Assembly: GCA_964247055.1 (NCBI GenBank)
Contig: OZ176055.1
Coordinates: 6,820,001 to 6,884,000 of the forward strand
Origin: Paragordius varius
Taxonomy: Eukaryota > Animalia > Nematomorpha
Direction of reading: 5' to 3'
DNA length: 64,000 bases
Positions 14,225 through 28,005 of the stretch are shown here, piece after piece; within the stretch, counting starts at the first letter, position 1; each line of letters starts with the position of its first letter. The translations under genes and the position numbers were made by a program. The notes under the pieces were generated by a model. The model was not told the DNA's origin. It did not search any database and was given only the letters and a program-made list of their open reading frames with translations.

Positions 14225-15641
14225 TCAAGAATTAACTATTGTATTGATTTTTAATGATTTTATAAATGCGTTTGCATTATTTAGCATTTGATTGTACTCA
14301 TTGATGGATATTTGATAATCCTCGATAATGGTGGTAAAGGGATAAATATTGTTGACAGTTTGAGAGTCCGAAACTTTTTTGTTATTAAAACACAGTAAAC
14401 GGGGATACAGCTGTTTTTTAGAATCATCATTCTGTGCAAAAATGTTTAATAGATAAATTATATGTTTTAATTTAAACTATATGTAATAAAAAAAAACAAT
14501 TTTAAATAATTTTGCCATATATTTTATGTCTATTGACCCTTATGTCAAAAGACTGCAAAATTTAATAAACGACTAATGCAGACCTACGTTCAAGTATTAA
14601 AAACGCATGTTGATTCCCCAAATTTTAGAAAAAAAAATTAAATATGTAACATAAAATATCAAATTCTATTTGTTAGCCTATTTTTACTCAAAAATTATAA
14701 TTTTATTAAAATTAATAATGTTTAAAAAAGAAAAATTATCAAAAAACATTTTTTGAGAGCATTAAAAATCGTGATTGCTTAAAAATATTTCCAAAAAATA
14801 AAAAAAATTGGAATTGTTCGTTTCCAATCTTTAGTTACTTTCAATTTCATATTTAAAAAAATAAAATATTATATTTAAAAGAACCTTGAAATTTTCATCA
14901 TCAGGTATGATTTTGTGATATATTTGAAGCATTTTCTCAGGGGCTTTCTGAATGTGCTTAGTTGCATACCGATGACATATTTTAGCGAATTGGGTTAAAT
15001 TGTCCCTTAATGCGGGTATTGTTTTGGCTTGAAAGTGTTCGATTACGTTAAAGCTATTATTCTCGATCTGGCTCTATGACATATGACATATTTTTATATT
15101 AATATCTCAAACTTTACCAAAGTTAATTTTTAAATTTAGTAGTAATTGGCACTCTATTAATATAAATTACAATTCGTCCGGATATATTTGAAATTGTATC
15201 TTGAATATTTTCGCCAAGCATTGTAATTATATGGGGAACAATATGTTGTTGCGTTAAACGCGTTACAAGCGCTTGTATGATGATGGTTAAAAAGATACTC
15301 TAAATAAATATATAATAGAGATTTATTTATATTTATAATAAATATTTAATTATTCTAAACTAAGATTTGATATGAAAAAAAGGAATAAACTATATTCAGA
15401 ATATTACTGGTAAAAACAGCATATAACTCTTTAGGCTATATTTTACAAAAAGAATATATTGAAAACTTGGAAAACTACATTTTTAATGCAATTTGTATAA
15501 GTTATATATTTGACGAATTTCGAGTCTTACCTCAATAGTAAATCGATTGTGATATATAAATTTCGGGGCTTGAATGAAAAAATGCTCGGTAAATTGTTCT
15601 GCACACATCGAATCGGGTGGGACCAGTTCAGGTGTATTCAT
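14225..15641 (-). CDS. Divergent MIS12-like kinetochore protein, 4 exons, about 211 aa
   Basis: Exons 15641-15531, 15299-15171, 15073-14885, 14431-14225, all phase 0 and GT-AG. TEHFFIQAP..F.....FL..IIQAL aligns ungapped with recalled human MIS12 EAQFFGFTP..Y.....YL..VMQAV, and the length is similar. The last exon is tentative. Confidence 0.5.
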
Positions 15642-15856
15642 AATCATTTCTTTATATTAAAAATATAAGAAAATACATTTGAACAAAATATGGTTAACTA
15701 TAAATAAATTAAATAATAAAATTTTATATTTTCCTTAGAATAAAACTATTTATTAAATGGTTAATTTGGTAATTAACGTTTAAATTTAAATTTCTTGTAT
15801 TGAGAGCGTGTATAATTAAGATTTAATCAAAATAATAAGATATAAACTGATAATAT

Positions 15857-18800
15857 TTAATATTTACCAAAACATTTATCCATTTGACATTTTATGATTT
15901 CTGAAAAATCGGTTCTTGTATCTTGAGAATTTTCTGAGGTCGGTATGTTTTTGGATAAGAAACCAGTATTTTCTTTCGTTAAATATGTGTTGATATCGTC
16001 AGATAATTTTTGAATAGTCTCCATTATTTGGGATGTTGAACTTTGTTGAACTTCATTTATATTACTATCATCTATAGAATATATATTAGGTTTAAAAGGT
16101 ATTTCATTGGTAGGTTGATAAGAGGGGGTAAATTTATTTTTTGCTTTTTTTATCATCATCGCAATAAACCAATATAATTGCTTTTTGATTTCAATAAATA
16201 ACGTTTTTTTTTAAATAGTTTTATGTATATTCATCCTTAAAATATTTAATATCTGAAGGACACAGTGTATGCAAATATGTAGTTTCCATAATTACAGTAA
16301 AAACTGAAATTATACGGACACAAAGTAAAAATATAAAAACAAATATTTTTTTCTAAAGACAACCATATTTTTTTAATCTAAATTTTCCGATATAAATGAT
16401 TTATTTACAATTATAAAATATATAATTGATTGTGTTACCAATATGCATCTCTATTCCATACTTTGCAATTTTTAACAATTATTTTAATTTGAAAAAATCT
16501 AGAAAAAAATCTTTGTCTTTATAATTTTACCTTTTGTGCGTATAATTTCAATTTTTACTGTTTTTTCCAACATTTACAGTAACGAGCAATATGATTGTTT
16601 TAATTTTGCTCCATATCAACAATGTGTATTTCACTTTTTTATTCATTTAAATAAACCAAAAGAACTCTTGAAATAAAATTTATCAGGCAAAAATAATTAA
16701 TAAAAAAACTAGCAACATATAGTTAGTCTCACACTGTACCTATTTATAGCCACAATTATCTTATAAATCCTGATAAAAGAATTCATACCAATTTTGAGGG
16801 TTGACATTTTACTATCGAGTTTTTGTATCAATGTTTGTATTTGACTAGTTGATTTAACATTATTAGTTGATTTAACATTTTTATTTTTAATGGTGTCGGA
16901 GATAATTTCATTTTGAGGTGACTGTTGATCCAAGCTATCATCATTCTTACAATTTGGAGAATATGCATTAATGAGCGTTGCAATATTTCGTAAAACCTCG
17001 AAAGATTGAATCAAAGAGTACAAAATGGGTCGAAAGGTAATGTAACCGCCATAATTAACATAACAAGCAAGATTAGAAGAAAATGGGCCCCATATTCGAT
17101 AAATCTAAATATATGTGATAAAATTAAAAAAAAACGAAGGCAAAATATGATAAAATAAAAAAATATACTTCGTAAGGGTACTGTAAAAATTTTGCTTTTG
17201 TAGGATTTATGATGTTATCACTATCATCTCCATGTAGTTCATTGTTTATATTTTTCCCTTCCGCCATTTTATTGTGCTGAAATAAATATGAATCTAGCTC
17301 TATTTTCGCCTCTATGATTTGTGACAAGGCGCTCATGAAAGCATTAAAATGTTGCATTATATACTTGTTGAAACCGTAACAAAAAGCTTCATTATATTAA
17401 AAAATAATAATATAAAAGCATGGAAAATCGAAAATAATTTTTTAACCCATTAGGAATGTTCATATTTAAAAACTCAAAGCAAATGAAATGAAAAATTTTA
17501 AATTATATATACCAGAATTGCTTTCATTATTCCCATGTGATAAAAGGCTAGATTTGCCTGTTATTTGATTAGGAACTAATGATAATAAAGACTCCAATTT
17601 TTGGTGGATTTGTGAGAGATGTATGATACAACGTAAGAAAAGATATCGAAATTTCAACCAATATTTCTAATGTATGGTTAAATTAAAACATTACACGCAT
17701 TATGTCATTATATATACCATTTACAGTTCAAATTCACCCTTAAATAATTTTCACCCTTGAACAATTCAAATTCACCCTCGAACAATTCAAATTCACCCTA
17801 AAAATAATTTATGTGTTTTCGAACTAATATAACTCATTATTAATATAAAATATATCTTTATGGCATAATTAATTATTTTTTTCAGTATTATTTTAATTTA
17901 AAACAAAATTTTATTTTTTAAAAATATATTAAAATATAGGTAATTTTTAATCTTAAAAAACATGTTATTTATTTGAGGGTGAATTTGAATTGTTCAAAGG
18001 TGAATTTGAATTGTTCGAGGGTGAATTTGAACTGTAAATGGTATATTATATATACCATTTACAGTTCAAATTCACCCTCAAATAAAATATATGTTTTTGA
18101 AGATTAAAAATTACTTATATTTTTATATATACCATTTACAGTTCAAATTCACCCTTAAACAATTCAAATTCACCTTTGAACAATTCAAATTCACCCTTAA
18201 ACAATTCAAATTCACCCTCGAACAATTCAAATTCACCCTAAAAATAAATTATGTGTTTTCGAACTAATATAACTCATTATTAATAGAAAATATACCTTTA
18301 TGGCATAATTAATTATTTTTTCAGTATTATTTTGATTTAAAAAAAATTTTATTTTTTAAAAATATATTAAAATATAGGTAATTTTTGATCTTAAAAAACA
18401 TGTTATTTATTTGAGGGTGAATTTGAATTGTTCGAGGGTGAATTTGAATTGTTCAAGGGTGAATTTGAATTGTTCGAGGGTGAATTTGAATTGTTTAAGG
18501 GTGAATTTGAACTGTAAATGGTATATTTTCAAAAAATAAAAATTTTGTTAATTAAAATGATACTGAAAAAATAATTAACTATACCATAAAGATATATTTC
18601 GAATCAATAATTAGTTATATTAGTTCAACACATAATTTATTTTTAGGGTAAATTTATATTATTCAAGGGTGAATTTGAAATGTTTAAGAATGAATTTAAA
18701 CTATATTGCATAAATATCAACTAAAATTTGTAAACAAAACATTTTTTCACAAATTAGTTAATGTTTAACCTTAGATTTCATCCTATAAAAAACCAAAATT

Positions 18801-21800
18801 TATTCATCAATTCCATCTTGTAAAATATAATAAACAACACTAACCTCATACATAGTATTGGTTTCCTTTATTTGATCGGTATCTAATCTAAAATCAATTA
18901 TGGAAAAAAAAATTTATGGACATACTTTTATAAGTTAAATCAAAACATTTAGGTTCCCCCAAAAAAAACAAAAATAATGCATATACTCCGTAGGATTTCG
19001 GAAATCATCGATTATATTGTAATCGGTATTGTCTGTGATTTGTTGTTCGCTTGTTGAATGTTGTTGATCTTGACACAGCAGTTCTTCCTCACGTAATGTC
19101 ACATCAATTAATTCATGCAAAGTTGGTATGCTATTGTTTTTAAATATATATATTTTGTTTATATATTATAATTTTCTGTGATTTTTTCATTGACTTATTT
19201 TTATATTTTTTTGTACTATGTAAATATTATATCCTTTGTTACTCGAAATTTTATTGTTATCATGCAAATTATGTTCACTTAAAAATACTATATATAAAGC
19301 ACAAAAAAATCGAATAAATATCTTTTAAGTTTTACGTTTTATACCTTTGTTACCTTTTAACAGCTATAAATAATTTTTTTTGTAATCTTAAATGCTGTTT
19401 CATAATATATGACATGCTTTAAACTCTTTAAATGGTGTTAAAGGCAACAAAACTTATTTAACACAACAGAGTTGTTTTTGTTTAGACACATTTTATTTTG
19501 TCATAAACTCATATATATTTATCAAAACCAATAAATTAAACACAACACTTTTTTCATACAACACTTTTTCAATCAAACCTTATTCAAAAACAATATTTTT
19601 TCACCCTGTATAACATTTCTCCCATTCAAACGTAACAGTTAATAAAAAACATTTTTTTGAATCGGACACATTTTTTCATTCAAATATAAATGAGAACACG
19701 TGGAATAAAATTAAAAAAATTTAAGAATGGAAATTTTTAAATTTATTAAAAACACAAAAAATACCTCTGAACTCGCAACAAATCCAGCCAAACCGTCTCA
19801 ACTAACGCCATTTGTCGCATGTGGGAAGTCATTAACCGCGTTTTAAACTGAACGAAATCGTAAATCTGTCAATGATAATGAAATATTTTAATTATAATAT
19901 CAATCATGATGATATCCATAAATTGAAAATATCAAGGAATGAAAATCGAAACCGTAATTATACTGATTTAATTGTTTTCTCACTAAATAATTTTGATTTT
20001 GGTGCTATTTTTTGTACAGTTAAATAAATAGCTATAAATAATATAAATTTTTATGATTTAATGAAAATTATAATTAATAAATTTCAATATTATACATTAT
20101 TGAGAAAAAGAAATTAATAATCATGTTTTTTTCAGCCGAACCTTTCTTTAGATACTAAGCCGGTTTCTCTTACAAATATAATTAATTAACAATAATTTAC
20201 TTGTAGAAAATTGATTTTGACAACGCTTGAACTAAAATCCCATAACTAAAATATAAAAATGTCGTTAAAATAAATTACAATACAAATCATAAGTAAATTA
20301 TTTCTGATATAAATAATTACATTTTTATAGGCATTTTCATAGAATCTAAGTATTGTCATGAAACATCTTTTCAATGTACTATTATGTCCATAACTTATTA
20401 GAGGATATATGGAATAACTCCTAAAAATATTTATGAAAAAAAATATTATTTTTACAATATTAAAAAATTGGCCTAAATAAAATTATGCATACCCTAACGT
20501 ATCGTATTGAATAAATTTTGCCCCCAACATTTTAAACATATTCATACACAAAGTCGGCGCACCTAAACACACAAAAAAGCAAATTAAAATATTATATAAA
20601 AAAATTAACAGGGGTAATATTTCCATTAAAATTGGCTCTCTGGTTCACATATATCTATCTAATTTAAAAAACGGGTTCAGACGAAAAAACGACTGCATAT
20701 GAAAATTTTTGTTAATGGTTTTTTATTCGGTCAAACTTTTCTGACTACCGTTCTACTTATTTTTTTTCTAAATTTACAGACAATTTTGAAAGAAAGCCAC
20801 ATAAATATAATTACGAAAATTCTTTACTTAAATGAAAAATTATACAAAATATTTCATTTCTATTTAATATAATACCATGTAAAATAAGGTTAATGTTGTT
20901 TATAATATGAAAAAAAACAAATCAAATAATAAAACGGTTTTAAAACCAGAAAAAAACAAATCGTTTAAGCTTCAAAAAAGTGAATTCTTAAAGCAAAAAA
21001 AAATAATTTTTATGCTCGTTACTTCGATATAAAAAGCAGCAAATCAGATAAAAATCTTTAGAAAAATCTAATTTGTATAATATTTAAATAGTTATTACCA
21101 AAAATGTAGTACAACTTAAGTAATTGTAGCTTTATGATGGCATCCACTTCAATTTTATCCGTCAAACTATTGACTGTGGGCTCAATTGAGATTTGATCAA
21201 CTAATAATGGCATTTGTGCCGATACTGTTTGTTGAGATTCTATATAAAGGATAAAATAAAATGCAAAATTTAACCATTTTTATCATGATCCTTTTTCTTT
21301 TTGATCGTGTCTACTCCCGTATTTTGCTTAGTTAATGGTAAAGAGTCATTTATATTATTGGATTGTTCATATATACCATACAGAGGAGAATTACTCTTAA
21401 GAGATGTCAAGTGTTCAGCATAAACTATGGAAAGATAAATCATTTCAAAAGCGATCGTATCATAAAAATCAGTGGTATCAATTTTCTGATCAGCAGACGA
21501 TTCAAAAGAGTTGTGAGCCAATTTTTCTTCAGTAGGATAAGCACAACCCCTTAACCGTAATATATGGAGTGGTATAGCGATAAGTGGATATAGAACATTA
21601 TTAACACCCACAAATTCATATATGGTTAAAGATAAAGGAGTGTCTTTTTTATTGAGTTTTGAAACAGTGCTTTTTACGCCATTTTCAGCATTGGTGTGTT
21701 TTATCTTGCATTCAATGTGAAATATTTGACAACTTAAGTCATTGTATAAGGCGATACATTGGTATAAAAGTTGGTTGTAAATACTTTTGTTTTGATTAGC

Positions 21801-24800
21801 GCAATTAAAATAGTTCACGTATATGGCCATTTTAAATGCCGTGTATACGGATAAAAGTTGAGAAGTGAGTATTCGTTTAAACTCATTGTATTGTTTTTCT
21901 GACATGAAATCCTGTGTTTCGCCCTTTTCTTGTTGTTCCGTAGCAAGGGCCATTGATTGTTTCACATTATCAAAAGTAGGGAAGTATTGGTAATAATTCT
22001 GAGGGAAATTTATTAAAAAAATAAAGGATAATTCGAAATGTCTAAACGAAAATGGAAACATAAAATTCAATTTCTTTCAAACTAAATTTGTTATAAAAGC
22101 TTTAAAAAAGTATTTTCGAAGGAAAAAACTGCATCAAATCTTTAAATGTGAAAAGCAATCAAAAAAATATATATTAAATTTGCTTTCCCTTTTAATTATT
22201 ATTGATTAAACCGTTATTTTATATATATATTTATACAAATCATACCATATATTGAAAGTTGTCCACCGATGTGTTTGACATTGTACCATTCTTGAACACA
22301 TGATCAAAAATCTAAATTTAAAACATTTTTATTATTGGTGGTAGTTTATTATAACTAAAACGTTAAAATTTGACAATAACCTTTAAATAATTAACATTTA
22401 TTTCTTTTGAAATATACAATTAACAAATTTTATAATCATTCAAATTCCAAAACCAATATAAAATTTAAAAAACAGTTACTGGCTCCAAATTTATTGCACT
22501 GCGGAATGCTTCATTACACAAGTAATATTCCAAGTCCCAAAAACAGCAAGGTTTAGATGAGAAAATCGATAAATACTCGACACATAAATTGGTTGGATTC
22601 ACTAATATATTGCAAAAAATTATATAAAACACAATTAGTATTGTAAAAGTTCATATCAACATACAATTTATGGTGTTTACTTAAATTTCTAAAGGAACAA
22701 TTTCCTTGGTGACCATTTAGATTGTGTAGGTAGGTGGTGAGCGTAAAAATCCTAAAACATAAATCAATGCGAGCCATATATAAGACACGGTTTTTGTTAA
22801 AACTCTTATTGCTATGACTGTGTTGTAGTTGATTAGGTTTAGGGTTAACATTGTAAGCGATAGCTTCATTGAGGAATGCATGTGCCGAACAAATACTTTT
22901 AGCAAACGTATTCATCAAGCGACCATTTTCTTCTATATACCCCCCAAAAAAATTAGTGTGATAGCGTTCATTAAATTGGTAAAAATCGATATATGTATAT
23001 GTGAAAACATATTTGTAAAAACTTAGTGTTGTTACAATGGAGGGAGCCTGTTGATAATGATTTGTTAAATAAATACAGCGATTGTAAAATAATTAGCTCT
23101 TATGAAATGTATACACTTTCCGATTATTAAATAAGGTCGGTCCTAATATTAAGTAATTGTTTAAATTTGAGTGTACTACTTATTTATAATTATTTTGAAG
23201 AAAGGTAACGAGTCAAAAACAGCAAAAAAATAAAATATAATTAATTTTATATGCCTTTGCACATATATAATTTGGAGAATAATAAAATATTAATTATTAA
23301 AAAAAACAATGTATTAATTATTATATTTGCCTTAAAAAAGAATAAATAAACATGTATTGGATATCATGGGGTAAGAAATATTTTAATGTTAATTGGTGGG
23401 TATTATTGTTTGTAGATATGTTTGGAAAGTATAAGTTTTTATATGTACCAAATGATAATGTAAATCTTGGGAAATAAATAAAATAAATTATTAAATTTTT
23501 TATATATGGAATTTTTCGTCTACATTAAACAAAAATAAAATTCAGATTTTGCCAATAACTTTGTTTTTAACAGTTTTGCATTTTTTAATAAATGAAAAAA
23601 TATACCAATCGCTTGACATTGCTGGAGTAGAAATGTTCTTTGATCTTCGTATCTTTTATCAAAGAGTATTTGTAAAATACGGTGCCTGTATGACAATATA
23701 TTTAAAAAACGATACATAATTGAACATTTGTTGAATAAAATTAAAATAATAGATGATATTTACGGCTAATATAATTATACCATTTACAGTTCATATTCCT
23801 CGAACAATTCAAATTTACCCTAAAATAAATTACGTGTTTTTTTAAATAAAAAATCTATATTTTTATATTTTTAAAAAAGGATGTTTTGTTAAAAATTAAT
23901 ATAATACTGAAAAAAATAATAAACTATGCCATAAAAATATATTTTATGTTAATGATGAAGTTATATTAGCCATAAAACACATAATTAATATTTAGGGTGA
24001 ATTTGTACTGCAAATGGTTTATCATATATAGCATATTATATATATTAGGTATCATTAATCGAAATGTTTATATGCTGATTTACATAATCTAATATTTTTT
24101 ACTGCACATTTACGTTGAATTGTTGAAAAAATCAAAGATAAAACATTTTTGGGTTTTGAAAAATTTAAAAAAAACCTTTGATTTATAGATTTTATACATT
24201 CACGAAAAGAGCCATTTCGCATGGTTGATGTCTCTCGTAAAGAAAAATGTTCTAAACTATCGTTAGCTGGCAAATAAAACAGGGTATCCAAAAAACCTTG
24301 ATAGTAATTCCAATTATCTGGACTATCATAATATGAGTATATTTATTAAATGAGTTAATACTATGCTAATATAAAAAATCACAACCTTTCCTGTATAAGC
24401 TCTTGATATGATCGGTGTGCCATATTGTAATTTCCCATTTTGTGGTAAATTTGTGCAATTTTTTCCGTAGCAGTCACATCTCCGTAACGAATTTTATCTT
24501 ATAAAAATTAAAAATTATTTAAAAAAACTAATACATTTTGTAGGCTAATCAAACCAATAAGAGTGTAGATTAAATTAGAAAAAAAATGTTTTTATCCATA
24601 ATATTTTTTGGTTGGAGAAAAACATGAAACTTAATAAAAATATACTTCCACTTGTGGTGTAGAGCGATAAAGCGCTATTCCAATCCCCTGAAAGCTCCAA
24701 AATTATTGATATCAAATCTAATTCTATATTTTGAAAAACATCAAATATTCACAAATATTAAAATCAAATTTTGAGTATAAATTTATCCAGGACTGTAAAT

Positions 24801-27800
24801 GAATTCGTTTTTGGTTTTGCGGTTACAAAATTTTTAAACCTCATATTTATTTAAACAGTTTCAGATTTAATATAAGAACATGAGGGTCCGGTTTTCTTAT
24901 TATTTAGTCAAATGTTTAATAATCAGTTGCATTTTGTTATATTTATAGTCATATTTAAAAAAATAATATAAAAGCCACAAAAATATACACACAAACTATA
25001 TATAATATATTGTTATATGCTACTTTTCTTTTATTTTTATACATATGTATTGAATTATTAATAAACGAGCAAACAATGTAATAATATTTGGAACTGCGGT
25101 TACAAATCAATCGGTTTAAAACCGTTTTTAGGATCCACAATGGTTTCAGACAAAATCATTGTTTTGAAAATTTCTAATTAATTTATATATATTGAACAAA
25201 AAAACTAATTGTATGTATAACCAGATTGTGATAATCCTTTATTGTCACTTTTCATGTGTTTTTGAACAAATATTTTGTTAGCTAAGGGTAAAAATATGGT
25301 TTTTGCTTTGGTCGGATCATTCGTCAGAGCCTAATAGTTATAAGCAAAGTTTGTAAGCAGCTTATTAAAAATATATTTGGTGAATAGAGGTGAATATGAT
25401 AAGCATGTAAAATCAAGCATTGTTAGTATACAAATTAATTGAACTCACAAATATGTAATTTATAGCTTGATAATATTAAAAATAAGAATTAATATCTAAA
25501 ACATTTTCCACACTTTCATTTCGAAAAAAATGTGAATATAACCATAGGACAAAAACCCATTACAAAGAAATGTATATGCATTTGAAATAATGTAGTAAGT
25601 TTGTAAAATTTCATAAAATATAATTACCCTACGAGACCTTTTCATTTTTTTTGTCTGCGATGACATATTGTACTTTTATATTCTAGAGCTCAATTTCGTG
25701 AATAAACTAATGTTTGAAAGTTGTTTTAGTTAAAATTTAATTATTAAACATTGTTCTCAGGTATTAGATAAAAAGGATCATATTTTTTACAATTTTGTGA
25801 CTTCCAGGGTGTAAATTTGGAAAAGCGCCAAACAGGACTGAAACGAAAAGATCATATATTTACCATTTACAATTCAAAGTCCCCCTTAAACAGTTCAAAT
25901 TCACCCTCGAACAATTGAATTACGCCTTCAAATAAAATATATGATTTTTAGAATTAAAAATTACCTATATTTTTATATATTTTTAAAAAATAAAAATTTT
26001 GTTTTAAATTAACACCGAAAAATAATATGCCATAAAGACATATTAATTATGAGTTATATTTGTTCGAAAACACATAATTTATTTTTACGGTGAATTTGAA
26101 TTTTTTAAAGGTGAATTTGAATTGTTTGAGGTTAAATTTGAATTGTTTAAGGGTGAATTTGAACTGTATTTTGCTAGAATTTTTATAGTTAATTATATAT
26201 ATTTTATGACAATAAAATACATTTACCTGTTTCATTAGCGATATAAAAAAATTTAAGAAAAAATGGCGGCAGATTTTAATTTTTTTGTTGCAGCTAAAGG
26301 TTATAAGCATATTATTCGGCTTAATTTGTTAAAATATTGGAATTTTAAATCGCTATGGAATATAAATCTACCCCAAAGTCATGGAGTGTTTAAAAAGTAT
26401 AACAATATAAAATTATTTATAAACTTGTAAAATGAGTGAAATAGCGGCCCATTGTAAGTAAGTCCTATCAGTGGGACTATTTTCATCCTTTATTGAAGCA
26501 ATAAAATCATGATTATTTTGATTGGCCAAAGCAATTTTGTACAATGACATTGCAACATTGTAAAGTTTTTTAAAATCTTGCGTGAGCACATAAGCAAAAT
26601 ATATCATAGACAACAGTTTATCTAGACGCGTTACATTCTCTTTCGGTTGAGATGATGTTGATTGCTGTTGTAAAACTTTAACATTGTTTTCAAGAATGCA
26701 GGCCAGTTCCAATGCTATTTACAGTATGCAATTTAATGGTTTCTTACTTCACACTATAGTTAAGCAATTTGCAACACAGTAGTGTATGGGAAATGGCAAC
26801 AAAGTATTGAATAAAAGAAACAAAGTAATGGAAACGAAAAAATTGTTTATTCAATTTGTTGTTTTTTCCAAATACTACTGTGTTGCGAATTGCCAAACAA
26901 TAGTGCAAAATAAGGGATCATTTATACTGTATAATTAGATATGGCTAATATAAGGTATTTTAGAGTTTAAGGTATATCAAAATGCATTGAAATTTTTAAA
27001 TTTTTAAAGAACAAAAGCAATTATGCTCCAATTTAAAGCAATTAATATTAAAAGTAGCTACATCAGGTATAAAAGTTATACAAAACAGTTAAAATCAGGT
27101 TTTGAAACCGTATTGTGAAACCGGAACATGAACAATTAGCCTATAGGAATTATTACCCAAGCAAAAGAAAAAAGGTGACGGTTTCAGAACCGCAATTCCG
27201 AACGTTTTTCAAAGAAGTATTTATTTTATTGCATATTAAACACTTTATTTATTATTTAATTTTTACTTTAAACATTAATTATAAACGTAGATTTTATATT
27301 TTAGAAAATTTTATTGATTTTATGGCATCAACCATAGGTGATTGAGTAGAACCATTCTTTTGACGAAAATAATGGTGCCGTAATCAAAACTATTTTGGCA
27401 AAATATTTTTTTGAACCGGTACTATTTGGCTAAAAAGTGTTTATTCTTAAAAGCTTAAAACATTAAAGGGTTGGTCCTCTGATTTCTATTAATAGGCCAG
27501 AGCGTTAATAAATAGGAAATACCGTAAGTGATGAACCGGCTTATTTTTTTAAACTTTGCAAATCAAACTAAATTTAAAGCGTATTAGACGTGCTGATATA
27601 CAAGGAAAATACACAATATGCCTATTTTTTATAAATCTTATAATTTGGCTTATTTACGTTTGTTCAACTCCCGATAACACAAACTCAAGGTATGAACTGT
27701 CAAATCATCGATCAACGGTAATTTTTTGACTTCATTAAGTATGGCAAAGCATTCATTATATTTTCCCAATCTTATATAAGCGACCGCTTTTAAAACCTTA

Positions 27801-28005
27801 ATATTAACAAATGTTTCAACTTTGACATCAAAGGCATTAGGTGTTTTTTTAAGTATTTTGTCTGCTTCTTGAATCGCTTTTTTAGGATTTCCATTATCAA
27901 GGCTATCTATTATGTTAAATAATTTATAATATGTAATTTTGTGTGAATTATATAAAAAATACCATAGATTTGCCTAACTCTTCTGCTATGCGTAACCGAA
28001 CTCAT
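15857..28005 (-). CDS. NAA25: NatB auxiliary subunit (NAA25/MDM20), more than 20 exons
   Basis: Exons include 28005-27963, 27906-27821, 27796-27658, 26714-26425, 25330-25222, 24723-24646, 24497-24386, 23047-22577, 21998-21275, 21239-21099, 20562-20493, 20420-20321, 19865-19765, an exon starting at 17666, and a last exon ending at 15857. Motifs RRVRQIYDSLDNGNPKKAIQEADKILKK, FLPLANK, PDNWNYY, KLQLLKLYYIFG, LGAKFIQYDTLG, FKTRL and WLKFRYLFLR match NAA25 in order. Some middle and 3' exon boundaries are unresolved. Confidence 0.88.
16295..16560. mobile_element. MITE family B copy in a NAA25 intron
   Basis: TIRs of about 50 bp, (TA)CAGTAAAAACTGAAATTATACG..CGTATAATTTCAATTTTTACTG. Confidence 0.7.
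17715..18705. mobile_element. Tandem/nested array of three family A MITEs in a NAA25 intron
   Basis: Copy 17715-18043, then an inverted copy 18053-~18705 interrupted at a TA by a third copy 18130-18523 with the TA duplicated. Confidence 0.9.
23778..24018. mobile_element. MITE family A copy in a NAA25 intron
   Basis: TACCATTTACAGTTC..GCAAATGG termini. Confidence 0.8.
25861..26170. mobile_element. MITE family A copy in a NAA25 intron
   Basis: TIR plus 21-bp repeats at both ends; accounts for the spurious ORF 26047-26310. Confidence 0.8.
26752..26905. mobile_element. CACTA/EnSpm-like MITE, 154 bp
   Basis: CACTA..TAGTG termini, imperfect TIRs of about 65 bp, CA dinucleotide on both flanks (2-bp TSD). 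Confidence 0.7.

Noticed and set aside
17715-18525. 21-bp direct repeats resembling a CRISPR array
   Set aside because: The repeats are contiguous with no unique spacers, occur as inverted terminal arrays of a dispersed MITE, and lie in a eukaryotic intron with no cas genes.
27100-27560. AACCG/CGGTT-rich patches (also ~20680-20960, 24800-25170, 60460-60570)
   Set aside because: Probably decayed subterminal repeats of DNA transposons, but no termini could be defined, so they are not reported as features.
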